A stretch of 64,000 bases of DNA from a virus (taxonomy: Duplodnaviria > Caudoviricetes), in the IMG/VR virus record IMGVR_UViG_3300033463_000088, positions 11,081-75,080 of that record, one strand, 5' to 3'. The notes below the pieces were generated by a model, which was given only the letters and a program-made list of their open reading frames with translations, was not told the origin of the DNA and did not search any database. Below, one piece after another: positions 9,703 to 18,267 of the stretch. Position 1 is the stretch's first letter. Each line of letters starts with the position of its first letter. Position numbers and translations under genes: made by a program.

Positions 9703-11454
9703 CTAATTAAATTTATCTAAGCAGCGAGGTTCTTTTGGTAAACCTGGCATTAATAATAATTTGCCAGATAATGGAACAATTAAACCTGCGCCACTATATA
9801 ATCGGATTTCTCTAATATGAATTGTAAATCCAGTTGGAGCTCCAAGAACTTTTGGATCATCTGTTAATGAGTTTGGAGTCTTACTGATACAAACAGGAAG
9901 ATGACTATAACCCATATCAGTATATTTTCTCATTTGTTCTCTAGCTAAATCGGAATATTCAATTCGATCAGCACCATAAATATTATGACAGATAGTTCCA
10001 ATCTTATCATCAATAGAGTAATTTCTGTAATCACCTTGAGGATAAAGTGGATATAATGGTTCAAAGTGGTCAGCTAATTCTGGGAAGACACTAACTGCTT
10101 CGCTATCTTGAACATTTAAGATGCCTTGGACAGTTCTTGCTAAACTGACAGCGCCATCGCCACCATCAAGAGCAGCAGTATTAATTGCCCAATTAATTTT
10201 ATTTTCTTTACACCAAGCTCCAATAGCTTCTAATTCAGCATCAGTATCACTTGGGAAACGGTTAATAGCAACAACAACTGGGACACCATATCTTGTCATA
10301 TTTTCATAATGCTTTTGTAAATTACAAATACCAGCTTTAACTGCTTCAACATTTTCTTTTTCTAAATCTTCAAATGCAACACCACCATGAAGCTTTAATG
10401 CTCTAGCAGTGGCAACTAAGACAATAACATTTGGATGAATTCCTGCTAATTGACATTTAATATCTAAGAACTTTTCAGCTCCGAGGTCTCCACCGAATCC
10501 GGCTTCTGTGACAACAACGTCAGATAATTTAAGCGCTAACTTTGTTGCATTGATAGAATTAACACCGATAGAGATATTAGCGAATGGTCCGCAATGCACT
10601 AAAACTGGATTTTCTTCAAGTGTTTGAACAACATTTGGATTCATTGCATTTCTCATCATTTTAAGAATTGCTTTACTACAATTGAATTGTCCAAAGTAAA
10701 CTGGATTTCCATCATAGTCATAAGCAGCAATAATCTTATTAACTCTATCAATAAACTCTTCTTCGCTTTGAGAAATTGTTAAAATTGTCATAAGTTCAGA
10801 AGCAACTGTAATAACAAATTCTGAGTTATGATTTGATTTCTTGTCTCTTAATTTTTTAAGGTCTTCTTTAGTGCCGCCATTAAGAGATAATTTATCTAAT
10901 TCAATATCTAAATTTCTGCCATCTAAATCAAAACCAGCGGTGCCATCAGCATTGACGCCGACACTTCTCAATGAACGGTCATTAACGTCAAGCGCACGTT
11001 TCCATTCAATTCTTCTTGGATCAATTCTTAATTCATTGCCTTGCCAAATATGGTTTTCGATAATGGCAGACATTAAATTAATAGTAGAAGTTAACGCATG
11101 AAAATCGCCTGTGAAATGTAAATTAATATCATCACTTGGAACAATAGTTGATTTTAAGGCACCAACTGCTCCACCCTTAATGCCCCAAACAGGGCCTAAA
11201 GATGGTTCTCTTAAACAAGCAAGAGAATTAACACCAATTCTACGTAAGCCATCGTGTAGGCCAATTGTAGTTGTAGTTTTGCCTTCACCGGCTTTTGTTG
11301 GAGTAATAGCTGTTACTAATACTAATTTACCGTCAGGTCTGTCTTTCAAAACCTCACGGTATTTATAGTCAATCTTAGCTTTATCCCAACCATAAGGTTG
11401 GACATATTCATTAGGTATACCTAATTCTTTAGTTAAATCTAAAATATTTTTCAT
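9703..11454 (-). CDS. fhs: Formate--tetrahydrofolate ligase
   Basis: TAITPTKAGEGKTTTTIGL, REPSLGP, GIKGGA, INLHFTGDFHA, HCGPFANI, VTEAGFG, EKFLDIKC and MPGLPK motifs. Confidence 0.97.
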   Translation of the reverse strand: MKNILDLTKELGIPNEYVQPYGWDKAKIDYKYREVLKDRPDGKLVLVTAITPTKAGEGKTTTTIGLHDGLRRIGVNSLACLREPSLGPVWGIKGGAVGALKSTIVPSDDINLHFTGDFHALTSTINLMSAIIENHIWQGNELRIDPRRIEWKRALDVNDRSLRSVGVNADGTAGFDLDGRNLDIELDKLSLNGGTKEDLKKLRDKKSNHNSEFVITVASELMTILTISQSEEEFIDRVNKIIAAYDYDGNPVYFGQFNCSKAILKMMRNAMNPNVVQTLEENPVLVHCGPFANISIGVNSINATKLALKLSDVVVTEAGFGGDLGAEKFLDIKCQLAGIHPNVIVLVATARALKLHGGVAFEDLEKENVEAVKAGICNLQKHYENMTRYGVPVVVAINRFPSDTDAELEAIGAWCKENKINWAINTAALDGGDGAVSLARTVQGILNVQDSEAVSVFPELADHFEPLYPLYPQGDYRNYSIDDKIGTICHNIYGADRIEYSDLAREQMRKYTDMGYSHLPVCISKTPNSLTDDPKVLGAPTGFTIHIREIRLYSGAGLIVPLSGKLLLMPGLPKEPRCLDKFN

Positions 11455-12032
11455 TAATAATTTTTCTCCAGTTTATCTTTATTAACATTATACCAAGAAA
11501 CAAAATCATCGAGAGAGTCAGAGCCATCTAATTGAGTTAATAATTTAACTAATAACTTTTCTGAGTCAACATGCATTGCTCTTTGACCTTCACACTTAGC
11601 TTTCCAATAATCTAATGGTGTATGAACTGTCCAAGCTTCTTTTGAATAAGCTTTACCAGCACCAACAAAGTCACAGAACATTTCAATAACTCTTTCATAA
11701 GGCATTTTAACGCACTTACAAATAATTGTAAAAGTTCCGTCGCCATTTGGCTTGGCTTCGTTGAAATCAGTCCAATATTCCCAGTGATGTAAATTACGTG
11801 CTTTGTGGTGAATCCAGCTTGGGCTATAGCCTAACTTAGCTCTTGCAATATCATGCGGGCTTTTTGTGCCATCAGCGTATTTATAAATTTCAAACTCATC
11901 TGGACTAAACTTACTTAAATCATGTTGCTCACCAAGTTCTGGAATTCCCATTTGATAACATAAATCTCTAACAACTTTAATATGATTATTTATAGTTTGA
12001 GTATGTAAGTCTCTTTTTTCTTTATCTGTCAT
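11454..12032 (-). CDS. HD-like metal-dependent phosphohydrolase (DUF5662-like), copy 1
   Basis: H...HDLSK...WIHHKARNLHHWEYW...MP..RVIEMFCD pattern. Confidence 0.7.
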   Translation of the reverse strand: MTDKEKRDLHTQTINNHIKVVRDLCYQMGIPELGEQHDLSKFSPDEFEIYKYADGTKSPHDIARAKLGYSPSWIHHKARNLHHWEYWTDFNEAKPNGDGTFTIICKCVKMPYERVIEMFCDFVGAGKAYSKEAWTVHTPLDYWKAKCEGQRAMHVDSEKLLVKLLTQLDGSDSLDDFVSWYNVNKDKLEKNY

Positions 12033-12295
12033 TATTTAGTCTCCTGTTTAACTGTAGTAGCTGTCACCATATTTTTACCTTCTTGGGTAGGCGCGATAAT
12101 AATATCATTTAAACCCTGCTCATAACAAATTTCTTTAAGTCTTTTGCACAAATTATAAACATCTTCTTTTGGCATTTTACCAACTTCAACATTTAAAATT
12201 ACTACTTCACCAGGAGTATAAGTTTTAACTACTTTTTGAATAGTCATCTTTTGAACTTCTTCTTTAATAAATTCTTTAATTTGTTTATCTGTCAT
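12032..12295 (-). CDS. Hypothetical protein
   Basis: 87-aa ORF, translationally coupled to its neighbours. Confidence 0.65.
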   Translation of the reverse strand: MTDKQIKEFIKEEVQKMTIQKVVKTYTPGEVVILNVEVGKMPKEDVYNLCKRLKEICYEQGLNDIIIAPTQEGKNMVTATTVKQETK

Positions 12296-12791
12296 TATTA
12301 AGCTCCTTTACAACAGCATTAATTTCTTCTCTTAAATCTGTATACCAAGATTTTTTAAGTCTTTGTAATCTTAATTTAATATACTCAGTTTTTTCTGCCC
12401 AATCAGGCATTCCAACAATAATTCTATTAATTCTGTCTGGCCATAAATAAGAACCAAGCTCTATATTAGTAGTAAAAGCTGGATTATCTTTATCTCTTGG
12501 AATCCAGAATACTATTCTATCTGCTACATACATAGCATTGAGCTCCCAGTCAGTTTGGTGTTTTAACTCATCTTTAGCTTCTCTATCAAAGAGTGCATTT
12601 GTTGGGCTAAATACAATACCAATATAACCGGCTTCTTCTAAATACTTAAAAGCTTCATTTCGCCAGTCATTTTCATAATTTTTTCTTGGACATGGGCCTG
12701 CTAAAAAAATTGTAGGCAGCTCAGCAAAATTATAAGCTTCTTTTAATGGGTCAGTAAAACCGTTTTTATCTTTTGGAAAAATTTTAATCAT
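12285..12791 (-). CDS. Nucleoside 2-deoxyribosyltransferase-like protein / NMP N-glycosidase
   Basis: IFLAGP...WR...VFSP...WE..AM..AD.IVFW...TTNIELG pattern. Start moved to ATG 12791, which overlaps the upstream stop. Confidence 0.75.
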   Translation of the reverse strand: MIKIFPKDKNGFTDPLKEAYNFAELPTIFLAGPCPRKNYENDWRNEAFKYLEEAGYIGIVFSPTNALFDREAKDELKHQTDWELNAMYVADRIVFWIPRDKDNPAFTTNIELGSYLWPDRINRIIVGMPDWAEKTEYIKLRLQRLKKSWYTDLREEINAVVKELNNDR

Positions 12792-12936
12792 TTGGGCTTT
12801 CAACTCTATCACCAAGTTCAAGCTCTTCCATTAAACGTTTTTCTTCAGCTTTTTCAACTGGATCGAGCTCTCTTGTTTCAGAAATACAAGCTAATTCCAT
12901 TAAACGTCTGTGAACGTATTGTTTTCTGTTTGACAT
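12784..12936 (-). CDS. Small hypothetical protein (50 aa)
   Basis: MSNRKQYVHRRLMELACISETRELDPVEKAEEKRLMEELELGDRVESPND, coupled to both neighbours. Confidence 0.6.
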   Translation of the reverse strand: MSNRKQYVHRRLMELACISETRELDPVEKAEEKRLMEELELGDRVESPND

Positions 12937-12937
12937 A

Positions 12938-13111
12938 TTAGACCCTCGCAATAACATCTTGTAAAGCTTTAATTAAATTTGTTGAATCAACATCGAGACC
13001 ATCAACTTCACTATCGGCAATAGCTTTTGCTAATGCGCCTAAAATTTGGCCTGCTTTTGTTAAAGCTTCCACTTCTTCCTTTGAAAATTCTGCAATTTTT
13101 TTGACTTCCAT
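12938..13111 (-). CDS. Small hypothetical protein (57 aa)
   Basis: MEVKKIAEFSKEEVEALTKAGQILGALAKAIADSEVDGLDVDSTNLIKALQDVIARV, with upstream AGGA SD. Confidence 0.62.
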   Translation of the reverse strand: MEVKKIAEFSKEEVEALTKAGQILGALAKAIADSEVDGLDVDSTNLIKALQDVIARV

Positions 13112-13126
13112 TTTATTTTATCCTTT

Positions 13127-13387
13127 CTATATAAATTGTAATAATACACCAATTAAAGCTGCTGCTATACAAAACATACAGGTAGTAGCAGCATTGCTTC
13201 TCATTTTAAGAGCAAGATTCAGCAATGTATCTTCGTCTTGTTCTAGTCCTTTTTCAACACAAGCATCATAAAATTCTTTAAAAGCTTTAGTAGATTTAGT
13301 AATGCTATAAGCGGAAAACCAAAAATACCCACTAACAAAGAATAAAATTACGCTTATAACAATAAGGATTACACCAATTAAATGCAT
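13127..13387 (-). CDS. Two-TM membrane protein, hypothetical
   Basis: Hydrophobic N- and C-terminal segments. Confidence 0.6.
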   Translation of the reverse strand: MHLIGVILIVISVILFFVSGYFWFSAYSITKSTKAFKEFYDACVEKGLEQDEDTLLNLALKMRSNAATTCMFCIAAALIGVLLQFI

Positions 13388-13884
13388 TCTGCGTCCTCTC
13401 TAGTCCACTCTTGTAATATTATACCATTTTTTCTGAATAATTCTATTAAAGGTCCTCGTTCAGAACATGGATTATCGGGTTTTTCATGAACCAATAGGAC
13501 TATTTTTGGTTCACCCTTATAGTGAGTTATCTTCCTAACATCTTCAGCAATGCGTTCAAACTCAGGAATTAGATAACCATTGAAGTCTATTTTATCTAAA
13601 TGTCGCCTATATGCACTTAAAAATGCACACGCAGGCCATTTATTTTGGTACTCACAAGGCCTTCCAGAACACATTTCTTCTGGAGTTTCTTCCTCTGAGA
13701 GTAAAAAACTCTCTTCTTTTATACCAATAAGTAGGTTATTTTCATTAATATACTGACGCTTTCCATTGGCTGTATTAAGCCATTTTGGAGACCAAAATGA
13801 GGTATCTATCAAAATTAAGCTGTCATCAGTCATGAAACGGATATTTTGAAAGTAGGTTATATAATATTTATTTATCATTTCCAA
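13378..13884 (-). CDS. DUF488-like protein
   Basis: N-terminal Y.TYF...P.W and C-terminal VLLVHEKPDNPCSER pattern. Confidence 0.5.
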   Translation of the reverse strand: MEMINKYYITYFQNIRFMTDDSLILIDTSFWSPKWLNTANGKRQYINENNLLIGIKEESFLLSEEETPEEMCSGRPCEYQNKWPACAFLSAYRRHLDKIDFNGYLIPEFERIAEDVRKITHYKGEPKIVLLVHEKPDNPCSERGPLIELFRKNGIILQEWTREDAECI

Positions 13885-14767
13885 ATAAACTAAAAGTCAC
13901 TTCGTCTGTTTCTAAATTTATAGAGTCAATATGAAGAAATACTCTGCCTGCTTCACGCAATCTTCGACTAAATACCTCTAATAATTCATTAAATTTATCG
14001 TTATTAATAAGATCTGCTACTTGTTCATTAACTATAAAGCTACCTGTTTTACCAGAATGCCAGTCAGAACCAATAAGTAAACTAGCATCATGAGCTTTTT
14101 GATTTTTTAACTCTTCTAAATCTTTAACTAGCTTTACATCTATACGAATAGTTTTACCATTAATGATAATATCATAGTCTGCTAATTTACCCGGGTCTCC
14201 ATTATAACAATAGGCATCAAATGGGTCGAGACCAATACAAGAAATTCCTAACTCATTACAACTATCTTCAAAGATTGTTTGTTGAATATGACTATTAAGC
14301 TTTTTTTGTAATTTACTTTCATAAGACCCTTCCCAAATAGGTGATCCCATTGTCTGTAATAATTTTCCATGACCAACAGGAAGCTTACTATATTCTTCAA
14401 TAGAGCTAATTATATTATCACAAAGAGGGCTTCTTTCATCAATCTGCCTAACACAAGTAATTTCGCCACCTATCTTTTCTGGAAGATATATGTCGAATTT
14501 AAATACAGTACCTCTAGCCTTAAAAATAATCCAAACCAAAAAAGTTTTTTGGCCATTTTCATTATAAAAAGTTCCAGCTATTATTGCTTTTTGTGATACA
14601 GCAGCATTGCCACTCATAAAAATATCTTTAGCTGCTTGCCAACCTTCTTCAGATAGTTCTTTTCTAGTATCTAATTTAGGGCATTTTGCCTTAGCTATAT
14701 GATTTTGTAGCTTCTCTATTGGCCAATTAATTTGAGCCCACTGGGGTCGTAATGTTTCTATATTCAT
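13868..14767 (-). CDS. Hypothetical protein, possible C-terminal PD-(D/E)xK nuclease
   Basis: ADYDIIINGKTIRIDVK resembles the D...(D/E)xK catalytic pattern. Confidence 0.45.
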   Translation of the reverse strand: MNIETLRPQWAQINWPIEKLQNHIAKAKCPKLDTRKELSEEGWQAAKDIFMSGNAAVSQKAIIAGTFYNENGQKTFLVWIIFKARGTVFKFDIYLPEKIGGEITCVRQIDERSPLCDNIISSIEEYSKLPVGHGKLLQTMGSPIWEGSYESKLQKKLNSHIQQTIFEDSCNELGISCIGLDPFDAYCYNGDPGKLADYDIIINGKTIRIDVKLVKDLEELKNQKAHDASLLIGSDWHSGKTGSFIVNEQVADLINNDKFNELLEVFSRRLREAGRVFLHIDSINLETDEVTFSLFGNDK

Positions 14768-14778
14768 ATTATATTATA

Positions 14779-15309
14779 CTATTTTCTATTCCAAATTTGC
14801 TGGCTAATTGAATAACCATTTGTATACGCCATTCGGCAATCTAAGCCGTCATTCTTAAAATAAGGACTTGCGGCCATACATTGCCATTCTGGCATCTCAC
14901 TGATATTAGGGAAGAAGGCAGTAGCTTCTGGGTCAATAGCGTCAACAAATGTAATATCTATTACTTGTGTGTAAGGGAGCATGCTAGCGTATAAACTCGC
15001 ACCTCCGCAAATATATACATCTTCACTAGTAGCTAGCTTTTGAATAAAATCAAGCATTTGATCAAACTTACTAAAGGTAATTGCGCCTTCTAAACAATCA
15101 ATTGAAGGAGCATCTGCCCATAAAACAACATTAACTCTATCTTTTAATGGTCTGTGTTTAAGCGACAAATATGTATTGTAACCAAATACACAGACTTTTC
15201 CAATAGTTTCACTTTTAAAATGTGCCATATCGGCGGGAATATTAAATAAAAGACCATTGGCTTTTCCAATACCAAAGTCTTTTGCACAACAAACAATAGC
15301 TTTAATCAT
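14779..15309 (-). CDS. folA: Dihydrofolate reductase
   Basis: IGKANGLLFNIPADMAHFKSET, RPLKDRVNVV, ICGGASLY and AFFP motifs. Likely start is ATG 15309 (MIKAIVC). Confidence 0.92.
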   Translation of the reverse strand: MIKAIVCCAKDFGIGKANGLLFNIPADMAHFKSETIGKVCVFGYNTYLSLKHRPLKDRVNVVLWADAPSIDCLEGAITFSKFDQMLDFIQKLATSEDVYICGGASLYASMLPYTQVIDITFVDAIDPEATAFFPNISEMPEWQCMAASPYFKNDGLDCRMAYTNGYSISQQIWNRK

Positions 15310-15688
15310 CTTTTGGGTCCTCAAAACTTAAACTTTGACTGCAAATTTTTGACCAGGGAGTTTGTCTTTTTTCAGCTGCTTCAAAAGCTTTTTGTTCAGC
15401 TTCCATCTCAATTTTCATTTGTTCATCATCTAACTCAGCTTTCGACTTATCACCCGAGCTATAACCACCTGCAAAACCACAATGCGGGCATTTCCTACCA
15501 AGTCTAATATACTTTAAAGTAGAAGTATCAGCTGGGTTTGCTTGACTATAAGCAGCTTCACTTTCTAAAGCATAAAAAGTCTTACTGCAGCAAGGACATT
15601 GAATAGTAACAATTTTTTCACCTGTTTCTATTGCTAAGTTAGTAACTTCATCTAAGTTTCTTTCTAATTCTGTCATATTATTTTCCAA
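15302..15688 (-). CDS. Zn-ribbon hypothetical protein
   Basis: CPCC and CPHC pairs. Confidence 0.65.
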   Translation of the reverse strand: MENNMTELERNLDEVTNLAIETGEKIVTIQCPCCSKTFYALESEAAYSQANPADTSTLKYIRLGRKCPHCGFAGGYSSGDKSKAELDDEQMKIEMEAEQKAFEAAEKRQTPWSKICSQSLSFEDPKDD

Positions 15689-16277
15689 TTAATTTTCTTA
15701 ATTTTTCAGCACAGTCTTCACAAATGTGTCTTGGACTTTCATGTAAACCATTATGAATACTTGTATAAATAAGCGGAATCTCAAAAATTTCTCCGCAAAT
15801 TTCACATTTAGAATAAGCTTTTACTTCTGGGTCTGCAATTTTAAGTGGTTCAGCTAAGGCGCCTTCTATTGAAATATGACCATTGTTATCCATAGTATAA
15901 GTAGCAGCACCTTCTTCAGTAATGCCTTCTTCATTAATAGAAATTGTTTCTTGTGTCCATTTAATTGGTGGTTCATATAAATCTTTATCTTCCTGACTTG
16001 GTGTTACCTGTTCATATGTGCCATCATACAGCTCATAAGTGAACATAGAGCTGCCAGTATTACAATATTTACAGTGCCAGCCATATTGTGGCGGGTAAGA
16101 AGTTAAAATTACTCCTGTATCAACAAGAGCCACTTTACCGCATTTTGGGCACTTAATATAAACTTTATTATTCACCCAAACATAATTATTAAAAGTATGA
16201 TTTTTAATATCAACTGGTTTTACTTTTAATGTAGTTTTACCATCACCGGCATCAAATATATATTCTTTATCTGTCAT
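15678..16277 (-). CDS. Multi Zn-ribbon hypothetical protein
   Basis: Four CxxC pairs (CPKC, CKYC, CEIC, CEDC). Confidence 0.65.
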   Translation of the reverse strand: MTDKEYIFDAGDGKTTLKVKPVDIKNHTFNNYVWVNNKVYIKCPKCGKVALVDTGVILTSYPPQYGWHCKYCNTGSSMFTYELYDGTYEQVTPSQEDKDLYEPPIKWTQETISINEEGITEEGAATYTMDNNGHISIEGALAEPLKIADPEVKAYSKCEICGEIFEIPLIYTSIHNGLHESPRHICEDCAEKLRKLIGK

Positions 16278-17122
16278 TATTCAGCTACCTCAAACTTTTC
16301 TTCAAGCTTAGTTGCTTGATAATTTTCTAATTCAAAGTCTTCTTCTTTGAAATCATAGAAGTCTTTGACATTTGGATTTAATTTTAATGTTGGAGCATCA
16401 TACTCTGGGTTTTCTAAGAGCTTTCTAACTACTTCAACATGTCTATCATAAATGTGTAAATTATGTACGATATGAACTAATGTTCCAACTTGATAACCAC
16501 AAACTTGGGCTAACATATGCGTTAAAATTGCATATTCCATAGTATCCCAACCGCCTGAACTTGCAGCAGCAAGTAAGTCGCCAGAACGTTGAATAAGGGT
16601 GCAGTTTAATTTACCGTCAGTTACATCCCAAAGACTTTCATAAACACATGGAGGTAAAGCCATATCATGTAAATCTTCTGGGCACCACATGGTGACGATC
16701 ATACGTCTATCCATAGGCTTATTCTTTAATAAATAAATTAAGTTATCAACTTGATCAAAATCGCCGTAAGAATAATGAGAAACCTTACCTAATTGATAAC
16801 CATAGGTCTTACCAATAGTTCCATCAGGTCTTTCCCAAGCTCTCCAAATCGCGGCGCTAGGGCCTAATTCATTAACAACGTTGGATTTCTTCTGCCACAT
16901 CCATAAAAGCTCTCTTACGACGCCTTTAAATGCTTGTTTTCTAAGTGTTAAAGCTGGAAACTCTTTTGATAAATCATATCTACGAACAACACAATGTGTT
17001 TTAATAGTATGAGCTGGTGTACCATCTTCCCAATGTGGTCTGACTTCATAGTCCTTATCATTAAAACCATTTGTTAATAATTCAATTGCTTCTGAAATAA
17101 AATATTTATCTGCTTGACTCAT
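16277..17122 (-). CDS. thyA: Thymidylate synthase-family methyltransferase (Asp at the Asn177-equivalent position)
   Basis: ELLW, RRMIV, LPPC (catalytic Cys), QRSGD and HIYDRH motifs. It has WDTMEY where ThyA normally has (F/W)N..(S/Q)Y. The family is certain; the substrate is not. Confidence 0.9.
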   Translation of the reverse strand: MSQADKYFISEAIELLTNGFNDKDYEVRPHWEDGTPAHTIKTHCVVRRYDLSKEFPALTLRKQAFKGVVRELLWMWQKKSNVVNELGPSAAIWRAWERPDGTIGKTYGYQLGKVSHYSYGDFDQVDNLIYLLKNKPMDRRMIVTMWCPEDLHDMALPPCVYESLWDVTDGKLNCTLIQRSGDLLAAASSGGWDTMEYAILTHMLAQVCGYQVGTLVHIVHNLHIYDRHVEVVRKLLENPEYDAPTLKLNPNVKDFYDFKEEDFELENYQATKLEEKFEVAE

Positions 17123-17339
17123 CAGTCTCTTCCTCCTGTATATAACGTCCTGACCATTTCCTTATCATTTCACAAAGAGTCTTAAGCTCTCCCTGTCTTT
17201 CTTTTGGCCAATCATATTTAGTAATCTTAGTAATAAGTCTATCTGCTGTGATAGATGCATAAGTATTAATATAAATTGGAAAGGGCAATTCAAACTCTTT
17301 TTGTTCAGACTCGAAAACAATTCTACTTATTTTCATCAT
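17106..17339 (-). CDS. Hypothetical protein
   Basis: 77-aa ORF overlapping both neighbours. Confidence 0.55.
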   Translation of the reverse strand: MMKISRIVFESEQKEFELPFPIYINTYASITADRLITKITKYDWPKERQGELKTLCEMIRKWSGRYIQEEETDESSR

Positions 17340-17805
17340 CTAAAGCTTTCTTCATCTTATCTAAGATGCCTTCAACTAATTTTCTTGTGTTTTCATGAAG
17401 AACCATATCTTTATGCTTTGCATACCAGTCAAAGATTTCTCTTAAATTGCCTGTCTTATGAGAAAAACTCCACCAGTCAGCAATCATTTCATAGACATAT
17501 TGTTCTGGCATTTCAAGAGCTTCTTCTGGTTCATCATCGTGTTTTAATACCCAGTATTGCCAATGATGAGGATTTGCATGAATATGATGAAGCCAAGCAT
17601 AATTAAAGGCTTTTTCTACTTCTTTTGTTCTTTTACCATAGAAATAATCATCATAAGCTTTGTATTCCTCAGCTGTATATTTAGAAACATCGTGTAAACC
17701 AAATGAAATCTTTTCTGGAATAATTTGATGTTCATATAACCAGTCTGCTGCTTTTTGAACATTAGCAACATGAGTTGTAATATAACTTGTGTATTCTTGA
17801 CTCAT
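17323..17805 (-). CDS. HD-like metal-dependent phosphohydrolase (DUF5662-like), copy 2
   Basis: H...HDVSK...AWLHHIHANPHHWQYW...MPEQYVYEMIADW; paralogous to 11454-12032. Confidence 0.72.
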   Translation of the reverse strand: MSQEYTSYITTHVANVQKAADWLYEHQIIPEKISFGLHDVSKYTAEEYKAYDDYFYGKRTKEVEKAFNYAWLHHIHANPHHWQYWVLKHDDEPEEALEMPEQYVYEMIADWWSFSHKTGNLREIFDWYAKHKDMVLHENTRKLVEGILDKMKKALDDENK

Positions 17806-17810
17806 TATTT

Positions 17811-18134
17811 TTAACCTCTCTTATCAAACATATCATCATCTTCTAATAATGCTCTAAGTAACAAAAGATAATTAATATTATCTTGGATCTTTTCTTCCCA
17901 AAGTTCTTTAGAATATTTATGCTCACTTGCCACCATATCAGCTAAACTTTTAATATGCTTATACATAAACATATATAAAGTTCTTTCTGGAGATAGTTGA
18001 GTTAAATCATTACCTTGCTTAAAGAAAGATAATCTATCTTTATCTAAATTATACTCAGTTTGTTTAACACCTAAAGTGGCTTTACACTTTTCGAGCATTT
18101 CTTCAACAATTTTATTAAATTTTTCATGTGTCAT
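17811..18134 (-). CDS. MazG-like all-alpha nucleotide pyrophosphohydrolase / nucleotide-modification-associated protein
   Basis: K..EY...D.L..F...KH..SL.D...EEKI.D.INYLLLL pattern; first gene of the nucleotide operon. Confidence 0.5.
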   Translation of the reverse strand: MTHEKFNKIVEEMLEKCKATLGVKQTEYNLDKDRLSFFKQGNDLTQLSPERTLYMFMYKHIKSLADMVASEHKYSKELWEEKIQDNINYLLLLRALLEDDDMFDKRG

Positions 18135-18151
18135 AAAATATACCTCAATAT

Positions 18152-18160
18152 ATTATACAA
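18152..18160 (-). promoter_or_regulatory. Sigma-A-type -10 element driving the nucleotide/folate operon
   Basis: TTGTATAAT followed by GAGG SD and the ATG at 18134. A second TATAAT lies at 18202-18207. Confidence 0.62.
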
Positions 18161-18227
18161 TATAAATTCTTGCCAGATTTTACTAATTTTCTTTCTAGAT
18201 TATTATACGGCGAAGGACATTACAATT

Positions 18228-18237
18228 TGCTAAATTA
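18228..18237 (+). promoter_or_regulatory. Putative late-promoter motif TGCTAAATTA
   Basis: 30 nt upstream of ATG 18268. TTGCTAAATTATACGAGA is identical to the copy upstream of ATG 38053. Confidence 0.65.
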
Positions 18238-18267
18238 TACGAGAATTATTCAAAAGGAGTAATAGGT

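Noticed and set aside
413-17606. Short plus-strand or alternate-frame ORFs over polA, fhs and others (413, 438, 2552, 3181, 10121, 10841, 11111, 14369, 15313, 17301)
   Set aside because: They overlap well-supported genes and show no motifs.
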